From a virus: 64,000 nt of DNA. Position 1 is the stretch's first letter. Each line of letters opens with the position of its first letter. Both the position numbers and the translations under genes were made by a program. Shown here in pieces: positions 10,185-21,089 of the stretch. Under the pieces are notes generated by a model, which worked only from the letters and a program-made list of their open reading frames with translations, was not told where the DNA came from and searched no databases. The stretch is taken from IMG/VR virus record IMGVR_UViG_3300045988_066443; one strand, written 5' to 3'.

Positions 10185-10486
10185 TTCTGATCTTTTGGTT
10201 TTATCTCTGTTGTTTTAATTATTTCCCTAAAGTCGAGCAATTTCCAGTTCTGCCTCTTATACTTCTTATGGTCTTGTGAAAAATCTTTTAAATCAGATTT
10301 GTTACAGAACAAAGCAAAGGCATAATCAACAATAATCTCAGAAATCTTTTCATAATTCTGTTCCTTGTTTGTAGTCAGGTTGAGAATTACATCATCAATC
10401 TCTAAGTCTGGACAATTATACTTAGCTGGAATATAATTTTTGTCGTTGTAATATACACAAACGATGTTAGTAAATTTTCTTATCAT
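10181..10486 (-). CDS. hypothetical protein (101 aa)
   Basis: ORF. Confidence 0.35.
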   Translation of the reverse strand: MIRKFTNIVCVYYNDKNYIPAKYNCPDLEIDDVILNLTTNKEQNYEKISEIIVDYAFALFCNKSDLKDFSQDHKKYKRQNWKLLDFREIIKTTEIKPKDQK

Positions 10487-10824
10487 ACACTTAATTCGTA
10501 GAGTCTTATTGGAGTAAATTCAAATATAAACCACTCTCCATCTGCATCCTGGAACATACTAGAGTCCCAATCTATCATGGTAATTCTCTGTATTATCTTA
10601 GTCGGCTCACTATCAATAATTAGAGGAAGCCCAACCTTAAACGCTCCAGTTATCCCTTCGTACACTTTACCAGCGCCTGACCTATGACTAACTTTAATCA
10701 TTCCGTGCTTGGAGTGCAAGAGATTTTCTTCTTCTTCAGTAAAGTCCTTGAAGATATTCTCTTCAAGTCCTTTTATCAGAAGTTTCTTCTTCTCAATAAT
10801 ATCTTTAACCTTCAATTCTACCAT
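10483..10824 (-). CDS. hypothetical protein (113 aa)
   Basis: ORF. Confidence 0.35.
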   Translation of the reverse strand: MVELKVKDIIEKKKLLIKGLEENIFKDFTEEEENLLHSKHGMIKVSHRSGAGKVYEGITGAFKVGLPLIIDSEPTKIIQRITMIDWDSSMFQDADGEWFIFEFTPIRLYELSV

Positions 10825-11110
10825 ACACTACAGGATTGTTTAATGCTTTCATTATCTCTTCTATGGTACAAGTATTAGCTTCACTGTAGAATGCCATTAC
10901 TGGAGCTGCATCATTATCAATTAATACAGCAAATGGAGTATGTCTAGCGCTAAAACCTCCCTTAAGCTTGAAGGCGTTTTTACGCTCCTTGAACAAGCCT
11001 TCATGGTAAGTTTGTAATTCTACTAAAGGATATTTAGGAAGAACCTTTTTTAATTCGTCAACCAGATATTGACTGTTATCATCATACGCAACCTTAAGAA
11101 TCATTTCCAA
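10805..11110 (-). CDS. hypothetical protein (101 aa)
   Basis: ORF directly upstream of nrdG. Confidence 0.35.
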   Translation of the reverse strand: MEMILKVAYDDNSQYLVDELKKVLPKYPLVELQTYHEGLFKERKNAFKLKGGFSARHTPFAVLIDNDAAPVMAFYSEANTCTIEEIMKALNNPVVYGRIEG

Positions 11111-11604
11111 AAACGTGATGTTATGTCTTTAACTATGGGTTTTCCACAGCTATTATCTATATGAAGCATAACTTGATTAGTTGTCTTACTATTTAAAGGT
11201 CCGTTTTCTTCAATATATGGACCTAGCTTGATATAATCGAAATGCTTCATATTCACGTGCTCAGATAGTTCTTGTCTACCTGAGTACCATGCCACTTTTA
11301 AATTCGGATAATAATCTTTAACAAAACTAGCTAACACATTTACTAGGTGAGGATCAGAATCCCCTCCCATAAATGCTATACACGAAATACCATCTGTAAT
11401 TAGTTCGTCTAGATGAATAATGTAATCATCGGAGAACCCCTGCGGATATTCAATTAATGGTTTACCTATATCTTCGGCTAGGTATTGACTATGACATCCT
11501 TTACAATGACAAGGACAGTTAGATATATTTATAGCTAATGTAATCTCATCCGGAATTTCCTGAAAGACTACTCTGGCATCAACATATTTAAGCATACTCT
11601 TCAA
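11101..11604 (-). CDS. nrdG: anaerobic ribonucleotide reductase activating protein (radical SAM)
   Basis: CPCHCKGC cluster (CxxxCxxC), adjacent to nrdD. Confidence 0.7.
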   Translation of the reverse strand: MKSMLKYVDARVVFQEIPDEITLAINISNCPCHCKGCHSQYLAEDIGKPLIEYPQGFSDDYIIHLDELITDGISCIAFMGGDSDPHLVNVLASFVKDYYPNLKVAWYSGRQELSEHVNMKHFDYIKLGPYIEENGPLNSKTTNQVMLHIDNSCGKPIVKDITSRFWK

Positions 11605-12253
11605 TCTTTTTAGTTTCTGTATCTAATATAAAAGGTCTTCTTACGTCTAAGCAAGCAAACTTGTCAGTAATAATGGGTTCTGATTCCAATTGAGTATGTC
11701 CAAATATTTGATAATATGTAGACTCTCTATCTCCTTCTCTAACGTCGCTCCATACCATACTGCCTGTATTAGACCACCCTCCTCTCATACGAGATACTTC
11801 CCATAGGAAGCCAACTAGAAAGTCCTCAGGCTTAGTAATTAGGTCAGTAATAGTAAAATCCATACTCTTTAACCAATCATTAGTAACTCCAGCATGAGTA
11901 TATAGAATACCTTCCGAGAAGTATTTGAGTTGGAATAGAGACTTGAAATTCTCAAACATTTCCTTAATTAGCTCTGCATTAGCGTAATCATACCTAGAAG
12001 CACTTCCGAAATCATAGCAATAAGCACAGTCGTGATTTCCAAGGAGTAGTATTACCTTATCGGGATTATCAACTTTGAATTGGATAATCTCTTTAAACTC
12101 CTCTATCGCATTCTCTCTAGTAATACCTTCATAACCATATGGGTCGAGGTAGTCCCCTAAAAAGACTACCTTATCCACACTATTAATCTTCTCTTTTGCT
12201 TTTCTCCAGAATGGTCTACCGTGAACATCTGGAATAATTAAAACTTTACTCAT
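11588..12253 (-). CDS. metallophosphoesterase (Ser/Thr phosphatase-like)
   Basis: IIPDVHG, FLGDYLD, LLGNHD motifs. Confidence 0.65.
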   Translation of the reverse strand: MSKVLIIPDVHGRPFWRKAKEKINSVDKVVFLGDYLDPYGYEGITRENAIEEFKEIIQFKVDNPDKVILLLGNHDCAYCYDFGSASRYDYANAELIKEMFENFKSLFQLKYFSEGILYTHAGVTNDWLKSMDFTITDLITKPEDFLVGFLWEVSRMRGGWSNTGSMVWSDVREGDRESTYYQIFGHTQLESEPIITDKFACLDVRRPFILDTETKKIEEYA

Positions 12254-12255
12254 TT

Positions 12256-14427
12256 TTAATTTACTTCTTTAGAATATGTTCTTTTCTCAGCTTCTATTCT
12301 TCTATCTTTACCAAAAGCAGTGATAGGTCTTAGATAGCCAATAATTCTGGTATATTGAGTAATATGTTCACTCCCACATTTAGGACATACCTTAATGGGA
12401 GCTTTCACAATATGTTTACAATCCTCGCACTTACTATTAGGAATATTGAACGTGAAGTAATTAGTTCCTTGCTGAATAGCAAAGTCTATAAGCTTCAAGT
12501 ATTGCTCCTTAGACAGATGTTCTTCCAAGTTAATGTGAGCTGCACTACCTCCATCTGTATACTGATAAGTCTGTCTTCCATGAAGTATAAACTTATCTAA
12601 TACTGATGTATCATCATGGGCATTATAGAAGTAACTATTGTATAGATTCCTATCTTCAGGAACCCAATAGCCATCTGCTTTATCCCATTTATAATTCTTA
12701 CCTCCTAGACCTTCTGCAGGTACTACCTCAGAATTAAATAAGAAGGGACGCTTTTTGTCATGGATAGAATGAAGTTTATTCTGCTCTTTTATTGTTCCAA
12801 GTATGAGCTGTAAAAACTCAAAATATTCTGGATTATTAGATACCTTCATTCCTAAGAACTCAGCAGCTTCATTCAGACCATTTAGCCCAATAGTGCTATA
12901 TAGGTCTTTGATGTTTATGTAACCTCCATTTGAAGAAGCAAACATCTTCTTATCCTCCCACTCATAGAGCATGGTCTTATAGGTAATGTGATACTTGTAT
13001 ACTCTCTCTAGAATATCTATTAGATATTTTTTGAGTAGGGCAACATTATCTTTACAATGCAAGAGATTTTTGTCTCCATCTTCACTCCACCAAGTAGTTT
13101 CTTGTCTAGCCCAATCTTGGACAATTCTGTTAATATTCAGAGTAATAACATTACAAGAACCTGTCTTTACACCAGTCATACCAGAAGTAGGACTAAATGT
13201 ATTTTCAGCTAATTCATTACGAAGACGACAACAAGATGCAAGACTATCTGCACTGTCTGAGATATAGGTAAAGAAACTATGACCTTGAGAATACATTTCT
13301 GCACATAAGTCTTTATAGTTCTTATCTATAATGTCTTTACCGTCATGCACCATAGCAAAGGTTTCTACTGGAAATGTCAGAACTTGTTTCAAGCGAAGCT
13401 TATTAAACCAAGACATGAACAATCTTTGTAAAGTATCAATTGCTACCCATTCCGGCTTAGTTCCATCTGGATAGTAAAATTCTCCAAATAGAGATTCAAA
13501 ATAGGTCTTATCATAGTACGAAACATTAGTGAAGGGAGATTGATAACTTCTGTTTCCAGCAGGTTGATTAATTCCCCAAACAAACTGTTTAAAAGCTTTA
13601 AGGATAGAGTCTTCGATAGTTCTCTTAATAAGAGAATGTTCCGAAGTACATATACAGTCGAGCTTCTCGTACCACTTTTCTCCGTATTCAGCAATAATAT
13701 AATAGTTAAGTGCAATAAAATAGCTACCTACAGCAACTGCTCCTTTACATTGAGAAGACAATAGAAATACTAAGTTAGTAACCTGCCCACTAAATGACTG
13801 CAAATCATTAGGAGGGCCAGGAGTAACTCCATCAATATTACCTACTCCCTCTAACATTAGAGGATATAACGAGACTGCCATACAATACTGTTTAAGTACT
13901 GACGTAGAAGCCTCATCGTGAGTATAAATAATATGATTGTCTAGGTCTCTAGAATATTGAGAAGAGAGTTCGGGATAAAGAAGTTTTAATTTCTTCTTCA
14001 TACGATAGCGCTGAATTTCTCTGTTCTCGCGCTTTCTATCCTCACTCTCTAATGTAGCAACGTTCTTAGATACAACATTAGCATTTCCATCTGTTTCAGA
14101 TGAAGTAGCTGCATTTTCGGAACTATTAATATAGTTATCTTGATAACTAATCTTAGCTATGATTTCTCTAAGTCTAGATTGTTCACTTCTATACTGAGAA
14201 TATGCTGAGGCTACATCATCGTAACCATAGTCCCTCAAGGTTTCTATTACTACGTCCTGAATCTCTTCTATAGTAATGCCGTCCCATAAATGCATATCAG
14301 CCACCATAGCTGTAATGACTTCTTTATTTTCTTCAGGACAGCAAGCATTAAATGCTTTAGATATTGCTTCTACTATCTTATTACCGTCAAATTCCTGTAA
14401 ACTTCCGTCTCTCTTTACTACTTGCAT
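12256..14427 (-). CDS. nrdD: anaerobic ribonucleoside-triphosphate reductase (class III)
   Basis: 723 aa; N-terminal ATP-cone (VVKRDGSLQEFDGNKIVEAI); C-terminal Zn ribbon CEDCKH..CPKCG and glycyl-radical motif RIIGYLRP. Confidence 0.85.
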   Translation of the reverse strand: MQVVKRDGSLQEFDGNKIVEAISKAFNACCPEENKEVITAMVADMHLWDGITIEEIQDVVIETLRDYGYDDVASAYSQYRSEQSRLREIIAKISYQDNYINSSENAATSSETDGNANVVSKNVATLESEDRKRENREIQRYRMKKKLKLLYPELSSQYSRDLDNHIIYTHDEASTSVLKQYCMAVSLYPLMLEGVGNIDGVTPGPPNDLQSFSGQVTNLVFLLSSQCKGAVAVGSYFIALNYYIIAEYGEKWYEKLDCICTSEHSLIKRTIEDSILKAFKQFVWGINQPAGNRSYQSPFTNVSYYDKTYFESLFGEFYYPDGTKPEWVAIDTLQRLFMSWFNKLRLKQVLTFPVETFAMVHDGKDIIDKNYKDLCAEMYSQGHSFFTYISDSADSLASCCRLRNELAENTFSPTSGMTGVKTGSCNVITLNINRIVQDWARQETTWWSEDGDKNLLHCKDNVALLKKYLIDILERVYKYHITYKTMLYEWEDKKMFASSNGGYINIKDLYSTIGLNGLNEAAEFLGMKVSNNPEYFEFLQLILGTIKEQNKLHSIHDKKRPFLFNSEVVPAEGLGGKNYKWDKADGYWVPEDRNLYNSYFYNAHDDTSVLDKFILHGRQTYQYTDGGSAAHINLEEHLSKEQYLKLIDFAIQQGTNYFTFNIPNSKCEDCKHIVKAPIKVCPKCGSEHITQYTRIIGYLRPITAFGKDRRIEAEKRTYSKEVN

Positions 14428-14428
14428 A

Positions 14429-15196
14429 TTAAATACCCATTACGTCCTTAATTAACAATGTCTTCTCGAATTTATTTACTAAGTCTCTCTTATCCTGGGT
14501 AATCAAGTCAGTAAATGCGTTATACACGGTAAATCCATCTACAACATTGTCTGTTGTATAATACTTAGATTTTTCATCATAAAACAAATCTTTATAAACA
14601 TCAATCGGAGCAGATTCAGCTAATTTTACAGAACCAAATCCCATGTTGATTTTAGAATTGATGCAGTTGTCAACCCAGTGACCTAGGTCAGCATATATAT
14701 CATCTTTCTTATACTCCATCTCTGAAAGTTTCTTAAGCATTAAGTTGGTTTCATCTGTCATCGACATAGCATTTCTTAAGAAGCTATAGTTAATAGCAGA
14801 TTCTGGCTCTAGCTCAGAAACATTTAACATTTCTGGATTAAATACACACAAGTTTAGACAAGCCATATTTAAAGCTCCTACATAGAACTTAACTAATGGT
14901 TTACGAGTATCAAGGGCATAAATCATACTAATTACTCTTTTATGATTATCCCAAGCATATTCGTCCGGCAAAACACCTTGAATCCAAACTCTATTGTATA
15001 TTACATCATCAAAATTAATCTCCCCATCTTTAGTAAGCGATATTTGGTCAGCAGGCTTAGCATTAATGATAAAATTATCAGTCATTTTAGATACTCTGTC
15101 TATAAACGGAGTTACATAGGCTTCAGTAGTAAAATACTCTTTATCCTTAATTCTAGTTGCTTTCCCTTGCATCAATTGTTCAATCGTCAATTCCAT
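14429..15196 (-). CDS. hypothetical protein (255 aa)
   Basis: ORF. Confidence 0.4.
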   Translation of the reverse strand: MELTIEQLMQGKATRIKDKEYFTTEAYVTPFIDRVSKMTDNFIINAKPADQISLTKDGEINFDDVIYNRVWIQGVLPDEYAWDNHKRVISMIYALDTRKPLVKFYVGALNMACLNLCVFNPEMLNVSELEPESAINYSFLRNAMSMTDETNLMLKKLSEMEYKKDDIYADLGHWVDNCINSKINMGFGSVKLAESAPIDVYKDLFYDEKSKYYTTDNVVDGFTVYNAFTDLITQDKRDLVNKFEKTLLIKDVMGI

Positions 15197-15198
15197 AT

Positions 15199-15789
15199 TT
15201 AAACATTATTATAGTAAATCTCCTTTAATAGGAGGTCTAATCTAAAGTGTCCATCCAATGCTTTAACCCTATGCCTTAGAGAATACATAGCTAATTCTGC
15301 AAAACTCTCTAATTCTGGTTCTTTGTATGCTTTGGAAGGTGAAACTCGAAAATATTTGCGCCACAAAGGTTCAAATTTTTCCATTAGAGTATCTATTTCT
15401 CTTCTCGGAATGTAGCAAAAATACCTTGCCGAATCGAGAAATACTCCATTGAAATTATCTACTCCTAAATGAGTACTAGTATCATAATACACGTTTCCTA
15501 AATACATCATAGCCTGTAATAAAGACCTATGTACGAAAACAGAGTTAATACCTATATCTCTTTTAGTTTCTTGAAGAATCCAGAACTTGACATTCCGGTT
15601 TTCATCATAGAACCTAACTATTCCATCTGTAGGTTTTCCCGCGATGGATTCTTTTCTTCCGATTATTAGAGGATTAACTAAGCTAAAATAGTTATAGAAA
15701 TGATTTTCTATTACATCTTCAAGCACACAACCTCTGTTTGTATAGAAATTAATTCTAATCTGAAGTCCTGTTATAGGAGTAAATTCCAT
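15199..15789 (-). CDS. hypothetical protein (196 aa)
   Basis: ORF. Confidence 0.4.
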   Translation of the reverse strand: MEFTPITGLQIRINFYTNRGCVLEDVIENHFYNYFSLVNPLIIGRKESIAGKPTDGIVRFYDENRNVKFWILQETKRDIGINSVFVHRSLLQAMMYLGNVYYDTSTHLGVDNFNGVFLDSARYFCYIPRREIDTLMEKFEPLWRKYFRVSPSKAYKEPELESFAELAMYSLRHRVKALDGHFRLDLLLKEIYYNNV

Positions 15790-15922
15790 TTAATTGTTAA
15801 TTAGTTGTTACACTTCCATAATTAAATTACGTTTAATATCTATTAAATATTGCTTATCTCAAAATAAAAAAGGAAGACCACCCTTAGGCAATCTTCCTTT
15901 TAAACGTATATCTTTCAAGAAA

Positions 15923-16480
15923 TTAGGCTTCGATACCGAAAGCTAACCAAGTACCATTCTTGGTATTCTTAGAAGGAGTATATTGTGCAGTTGCTACTAC
16001 TGCCTGTCCTTCAACAACATCCTTAGTTTTCACCAACTCAGCATTTCCTTTATACTTACCGCTCTTATACAATTCTTTGATTGCGTTCTTAGCGTCAGCT
16101 TTGTTAGTATCAACTTGGCAAACAACAGTCTTAGTTTCTTTGTCAATCCACTTGTAGAAAGTCTTAAACTTACGCTTTCCATCACCTTTAACATCGTCAA
16201 TCTTGTACGGACGCTCACGCGTGTCTGCAACAGACGATTCGATAGTAATCAGATAACCAGCACCGGGGCAGTTCTTGCCTTTCTTAGCGAGATATTCAAG
16301 CATAAACTCTTTTACATCACGCTCAGTAATACCCTTAGTCTGTTTAGCTTTCCAATTTTTGTAAGCCTGAGTTGCATCACCATTTACATGGAATAATGTA
16401 CTTTCAACTTGTGCGATTGCTGCTTCTTTGCTTTCTGCTACTACTTCTACTTTCTTAAAATTCAAAATCGTTGTACTCAT
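15923..16480 (-). CDS. hypothetical Lys-rich protein (185 aa), possibly nucleic-acid binding
   Basis: ORF with high K content. Confidence 0.4.
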   Translation of the reverse strand: MSTTILNFKKVEVVAESKEAAIAQVESTLFHVNGDATQAYKNWKAKQTKGITERDVKEFMLEYLAKKGKNCPGAGYLITIESSVADTRERPYKIDDVKGDGKRKFKTFYKWIDKETKTVVCQVDTNKADAKNAIKELYKSGKYKGNAELVKTKDVVEGQAVVATAQYTPSKNTKNGTWLAFGIEA

Positions 16481-16661
16481 AATAAATAAAATTTTTAAAC
16501 ATAAATCATTAACATATAATCTGAAATTATTTTTCCGTATCTAATCAGTATTGTTTCCCTTACTGATGTAATCAATTATACTACATCATACATAGAAACC
16601 CTAATCTTCAAATGTTAATTTTATGTTAAAGGACGTTAAAATCCTCTTAACTAAAAATCTC

Positions 16662-17015
16662 TTAAAATGGTAAATAATTGTCGAGCAAAATCTGGAGCTG
16701 TTTGGGCATATCTTTCGGCTTAATACCAAAGTCAAGAAAAGTGGTACACCCATACATTAAATCCTCACAGATAGCCCCTAAAGACTTCAGAAAGGTATTT
16801 TTTTCTCCCTCCCTAAAATCTTTTCCGACTTTCAATAAAACATCATAACACGTTACCTTTTGACCTTTTTTCTTTAACTCATTAGTTATATAACAAGTAA
16901 GAGCAATACAGGCTAGTTTATCACCCATATTGCTCCCTAGGTAGTTTAAGGTAAAGTATTTTGAGTAAATTGATGACAATTGTTCAAAGCTGATATTTTG
17001 AAGGTCGTTCATCAA
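16662..17015 (-). CDS. hypothetical protein (117 aa)
   Basis: ORF. Confidence 0.3.
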   Translation of the reverse strand: MMNDLQNISFEQLSSIYSKYFTLNYLGSNMGDKLACIALTCYITNELKKKGQKVTCYDVLLKVGKDFREGEKNTFLKSLGAICEDLMYGCTTFLDFGIKPKDMPKQLQILLDNYLPF

Positions 17016-18033
17016 AAGAATAGTCTCTATAACCTATCTGATAGGCTACATACTTCAAAAGAGTCTTGAACTCATGAAATCCTTGTCGCAATTCCAAATA
17101 AGTAACTGGCCTAACCTTACTATAAAAGTTCGGAATGGTAGAAACTACTAAGTAATTAGCTTGCAATTTTGGATTCTCCAAGTTATAGAACTTTTCAGCA
17201 CACAACTTCAGAAGGTATAAATACATCGCAAACTCCCTACTATAGTGATACTTATTGATATTGGTATCAATTTCACTAACGATTTTTCCAATCGTCTTAA
17301 TATCATTCACTACAATAGTGTTAGTTTCTGTATCTATTGTATAATTATCTAGTTTGGACTTCAGGTGTAAGATAAACTTTTTTCCATTAGGGCAGGTCGC
17401 CTCCACGTCCAATAAAATAGCTTGCTCATTTTCAGAAATAGGTGTTTTAGTTATCCCTTCAGGATGTAAAAGTTTCTGCACTTGCTTATTGCTATTTAAT
17501 GCTGATACACAAGACTTTACGATTTCTAGTGATTTGTTGTCAAGATATATAATTTCCTTATCTTGTGTTAAATCAAATTCTTTTAGCTGTCTATTCTTCC
17601 AATAGTTAGTAGAAGCTTCAATCACAGATTTAGCTAGTTCCTTGGTAAGCTTTCCCTTATAATATTCGACCTTGTCTGATGCTTTCTTTACATCGTCAAA
17701 TGTCACTTCTCCTTTTAGAAAAACGGGATAGAGTTCATTAGCCATTGCTCCTAACTTTGCAGTAGGTTTACCAATGTCTTCTGACAGTTCAAAACTATCT
17801 GGCTGTAGCACCAATTCGTGTACAGCACTTCCAAGTTCCAGAGCAGAAGAGAAAGTATTTTTAAACCCAGTAAAGAATTTATCTGGATTACCATCCTGCC
17901 GAGGATTAATTAATCCTAAACGGGAATTACTAACGTATCCACTGTACTGTTCAGAAAAATATACCTTATCACTTATCTTCTCCAATCTTAGTGTGTCTAG
18001 CAGCGGCCTAAGCTTGATATCTTTTAATTCCAT
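16984..18033 (-). CDS. hypothetical protein, possible PD-(D/E)xK-type exonuclease
   Basis: 349 aa; only weak motif resemblance (LDVEATC...ILHLKSK). Confidence 0.35.
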   Translation of the reverse strand: MELKDIKLRPLLDTLRLEKISDKVYFSEQYSGYVSNSRLGLINPRQDGNPDKFFTGFKNTFSSALELGSAVHELVLQPDSFELSEDIGKPTAKLGAMANELYPVFLKGEVTFDDVKKASDKVEYYKGKLTKELAKSVIEASTNYWKNRQLKEFDLTQDKEIIYLDNKSLEIVKSCVSALNSNKQVQKLLHPEGITKTPISENEQAILLDVEATCPNGKKFILHLKSKLDNYTIDTETNTIVVNDIKTIGKIVSEIDTNINKYHYSREFAMYLYLLKLCAEKFYNLENPKLQANYLVVSTIPNFYSKVRPVTYLELRQGFHEFKTLLKYVAYQIGYRDYSFDERPSKYQL

Positions 18034-18542
18034 CCTAAAGTTGCTAATTCTAATTCATATGCAAATCTAATTTCGTCAATATCTAAACTATAAATGCGGA
18101 ATAAAGGATCTCCATTCTGGTTATGTGGCCTATCTATTAGCAATGCTGGAAGTCCAGAGTTTATTGCCATAGTCACATTACTAATACTGTCGTCGATTAA
18201 TACACCGCATTTGCCTTTTATCAAGTCAGCCTTGTTTCCGTGCTGATAATACATTTGATAAATAGGTCTTATGGGTAAATTGTATTTAGCTAGACAATTT
18301 CGAGTATAAGTTTTACTGTTAATTCTTTTGGTTGCATAAATATGTGGCTCGAAATTTGGCTTTTCTAGCAAGGGTAAATTTTCCCAAAACTCCTTGTTGT
18401 AGCGAAGACTTACTACGTTTCGTGTAATTACGTGCTCAACTAAATCTGATTCTCTAGGGAATAGTGTTTTATATGCTCCCCAGAAATCGAAGATTGTGTC
18501 ATCCAAGTCTAACGCTATCCTTAATGGATTACATAAATTCAT
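18024..18542 (-). CDS. HAD-family 5'(3')-deoxyribonucleotidase-like phosphatase
   Basis: N-terminal IALDLDDTIF (DxDxT HAD motif I). Confidence 0.5.
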   Translation of the reverse strand: MNLCNPLRIALDLDDTIFDFWGAYKTLFPRESDLVEHVITRNVVSLRYNKEFWENLPLLEKPNFEPHIYATKRINSKTYTRNCLAKYNLPIRPIYQMYYQHGNKADLIKGKCGVLIDDSISNVTMAINSGLPALLIDRPHNQNGDPLFRIYSLDIDEIRFAYELELATLGWN

Positions 18543-18750
18543 TTATCTCAGATACGTCTCCTAAATATATTCCATGTTTTTCAGCAAGTTCTATACAGAA
18601 ATCATCATAATCCAGAAGATCATCTAAATCGTCGTATTTATTTATATACATACTCTTTATCTTCTCTTCGCAATCCTCATAGCTTCTTGCTACTACTTTG
18701 CTAATAGTACAGACTTCGTCTGTATGCCATGGAAATAAATATATGTTCAT
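18529..18750 (-). CDS. hypothetical protein (73 aa)
   Basis: ORF. Confidence 0.3.
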   Translation of the reverse strand: MNIYLFPWHTDEVCTISKVVARSYEDCEEKIKSMYINKYDDLDDLLDYDDFCIELAEKHGIYLGDVSEINEFM

Positions 18751-18995
18751 AACTCGATTACTTCAATAACGTTCAATCGCTTCTTTATTAATAGCTCTAG
18801 GTCTTCTCTATCTACGTAGATGAAATGACTTTTCTTCAAATCAGATAAAGTGGAATCAAACTCAAGAGAGAATGCTTCCATTGTTCTCCAATTCTTTTTA
18901 GCTGTCCTTAAATAAAGAGCATATTCATCATCAAAGTCATTAACTATACAATTTTTAATCGTAGGAACCGGACCTTTAACTACTAACTTTTTCAT
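18747..18995 (-). CDS. hypothetical protein (82 aa)
   Basis: ORF. Confidence 0.3.
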   Translation of the reverse strand: MKKLVVKGPVPTIKNCIVNDFDDEYALYLRTAKKNWRTMEAFSLEFDSTLSDLKKSHFIYVDREDLELLIKKRLNVIEVIEL

Positions 18996-19040
18996 TTTCT
19001 AAGCAATTCATAAAAATATTCTATAGGTATTACAGCAACT

Positions 19041-19508
19041 TTATTTCTCAGAGTATTTAACATAACCTCCAATTTTCTTATTAACTACTACCGCTGCGCA
19101 CATCTTATCATCTGGTACATTATAATATTCTGCTGCCTCAGATATAGAATCAAAAGACTTCAATATGTTCCCATCTTTGTCACAAATATCAACTTTGGAG
19201 TTAGAAATTTTATTTCTATTATTTCCAATAGTATCAACCCATCTAAGATTAGAAACACAATTATTCTTTCTATCCTTATCAATATGGTCAGCTATCTCCA
19301 GATTGTCGGGATTAGGAATAAAAGTAATAGCAACTATCCTATTTATTCTTCTATGGTACTTCCTACCCTCAAAGCATAGGCATACTCCTAAATATCCATC
19401 CTTATCCTCATGAGGCTTTAATATATTTCCTCTTTTCCTATTTCGTACTTGTCCATTATTAGACACTTCATACGTCGGAAACTCTGGATATACCTTCCAT
19501 TCCTCCAT
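19041..19508 (-). CDS. HNH-family homing endonuclease
   Basis: 155 aa; HNH_3-like core (YEVSNNGQVRN...H...N) plus C-terminal NUMOD-like DNA-binding tail. Confidence 0.55.
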   Translation of the reverse strand: MEEWKVYPEFPTYEVSNNGQVRNRKRGNILKPHEDKDGYLGVCLCFEGRKYHRRINRIVAITFIPNPDNLEIADHIDKDRKNNCVSNLRWVDTIGNNRNKISNSKVDICDKDGNILKSFDSISEAAEYYNVPDDKMCAAVVVNKKIGGYVKYSEK

Positions 19509-19962
19509 TCTTGCACATTTCTAGTAGCTCATAAAAAAAGCTGATTGGGATTACAGCAACTTGCCCTCTAGCTGACTCTCCATTCTTTCCTGCCTTTTTC
19601 CAGCATATACAGAACGGCTTTGACTTATCACTGCAAGCATCTCTAATATCAAAATAGTTAGGCATATTCTGAGTAAATTTAGCTTGGATATTAACCGGAA
19701 GTTCATTGTTCATGTCAACAATATCTATTTTGTCAGCATCAGCCAATTTGTTTTGACTTCTGCTAGACACACATCCTTCGTATCCTATATCTCTAAGTTT
19801 GTGAATTATTTCTAATTCATACTGAGAGCCTTTTTGTTTACTCTTCTTTGCCTGCTTACTTCTTCTAACTGTGGGGTCTGCCCATTCAAAGGTAATTCCG
19901 TCTTTTGATTTTGCTCCAGAGCCAGGCTTATTAGCTCTAGCTTTGATTGAGTTTATCTCCAA
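19468..19962 (-). CDS. hypothetical protein, possible Hjc-like nuclease/resolvase
   Basis: 164 aa; weak E...D...QAK pattern. Confidence 0.3.
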   Translation of the reverse strand: MEINSIKARANKPGSGAKSKDGITFEWADPTVRRSKQAKKSKQKGSQYELEIIHKLRDIGYEGCVSSRSQNKLADADKIDIVDMNNELPVNIQAKFTQNMPNYFDIRDACSDKSKPFCICWKKAGKNGESARGQVAVIPISFFYELLEMCKNGGMEGISRVSDV

Positions 19963-20041
19963 ACCAGTTCCTTCGGAGGCTAATTCAACAGATTCAAAAG
20001 TTTTCCTACTACCGTCCTTAAAGATGGCTGTAACACTTGTA

Positions 20042-21055
20042 TTAGTCTACTTTTTCATTCTTCTTAAGTTTCTTTATGTAATTAGTAATAAATTCTTGTG
20101 TACCTTTTCTTCCATACATATGGTAATAATCACTTATATCCTTAGCTCCTGTGCTTCTGGGAATCATTGATACAATTAGTTCTGGATGCTCTTTCCTAAT
20201 CTTATTAGTAAAACGTACTCCAGTCAAATCATTATCATATAGCAACACAACGTATTTGAATCTCTGCTTTAATTCTTCTAAAATCTTATCAGAAACAAAC
20301 TGAGTTTCAGAGTTGGGAGCTATAGCTGGTATTCCTAAAGAATATAAACACATTACATCTTTCATAGATTTAGTTATAACAACTAGTTTTCCACTCTTAG
20401 CTAATTGCTTATAGCCTTGAATAGTCTTGGTTGAAACATTTCCTATGAATCTAAACTCCTTTCGTTTTGGCATATAAATTCGCCATTGCTCGATGTTCTC
20501 TTTCTTTCCAAAATAGTAGCCATATATAGGACTATGCTGGGCAGATTGTGCATATATGTTCCCATTCAAAAATACAGTACTACAACTGTATACTTTGAAC
20601 TTATATAGGATGTCTTTAGTTATACCAAAACTTCCCCACCACTTCAACTCAGGTTCTGAAAAATCCTTAGCCTCTATCTGAATAAAAGTTTGTTTCTCTT
20701 CTTCAAACTTAGGCTGGATTTTCACTGCAACTTTCTTTACGGAAGAATCTTTCGTATATCCAAAGTCTTTAGCTATAATCCTTAAAGCAGTGTGGTAGTT
20801 ACAATTATACTTTTCCATAACTACTCCTTCGAATGTGAGACATTTTCCAGAAGCAAAGTCTTTAAAATACAAGTTTCCAGATTTTCCTCTAAAGAAACTG
20901 CAAGTGACATGACTGTCACTACGCAAAGGAGACTTGAACAATCCTTTCTTAACTGGGATGCCCAGATAATAAGTCATGTAAGTCTCCTCATTGTTTTTAG
21001 ATAGAAGAAATTCCTTAGTAATTTTTGGTTCAAAAGTATAATCAAACATGGTCAC
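20042..21055 (-). CDS. DNA primase (TOPRIM domain)
   Basis: 337 aa; TOPRIM-like VVLLYDNDLTGV; Cys cluster near N-terminus. Confidence 0.55.
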   Translation of the reverse strand: MTMFDYTFEPKITKEFLLSKNNEETYMTYYLGIPVKKGLFKSPLRSDSHVTCSFFRGKSGNLYFKDFASGKCLTFEGVVMEKYNCNYHTALRIIAKDFGYTKDSSVKKVAVKIQPKFEEEKQTFIQIEAKDFSEPELKWWGSFGITKDILYKFKVYSCSTVFLNGNIYAQSAQHSPIYGYYFGKKENIEQWRIYMPKRKEFRFIGNVSTKTIQGYKQLAKSGKLVVITKSMKDVMCLYSLGIPAIAPNSETQFVSDKILEELKQRFKYVVLLYDNDLTGVRFTNKIRKEHPELIVSMIPRSTGAKDISDYYHMYGRKGTQEFITNYIKKLKKNEKVD

Positions 21056-21089
21056 TAAGGAATTTATGAATTACTCTACTAACAAATCA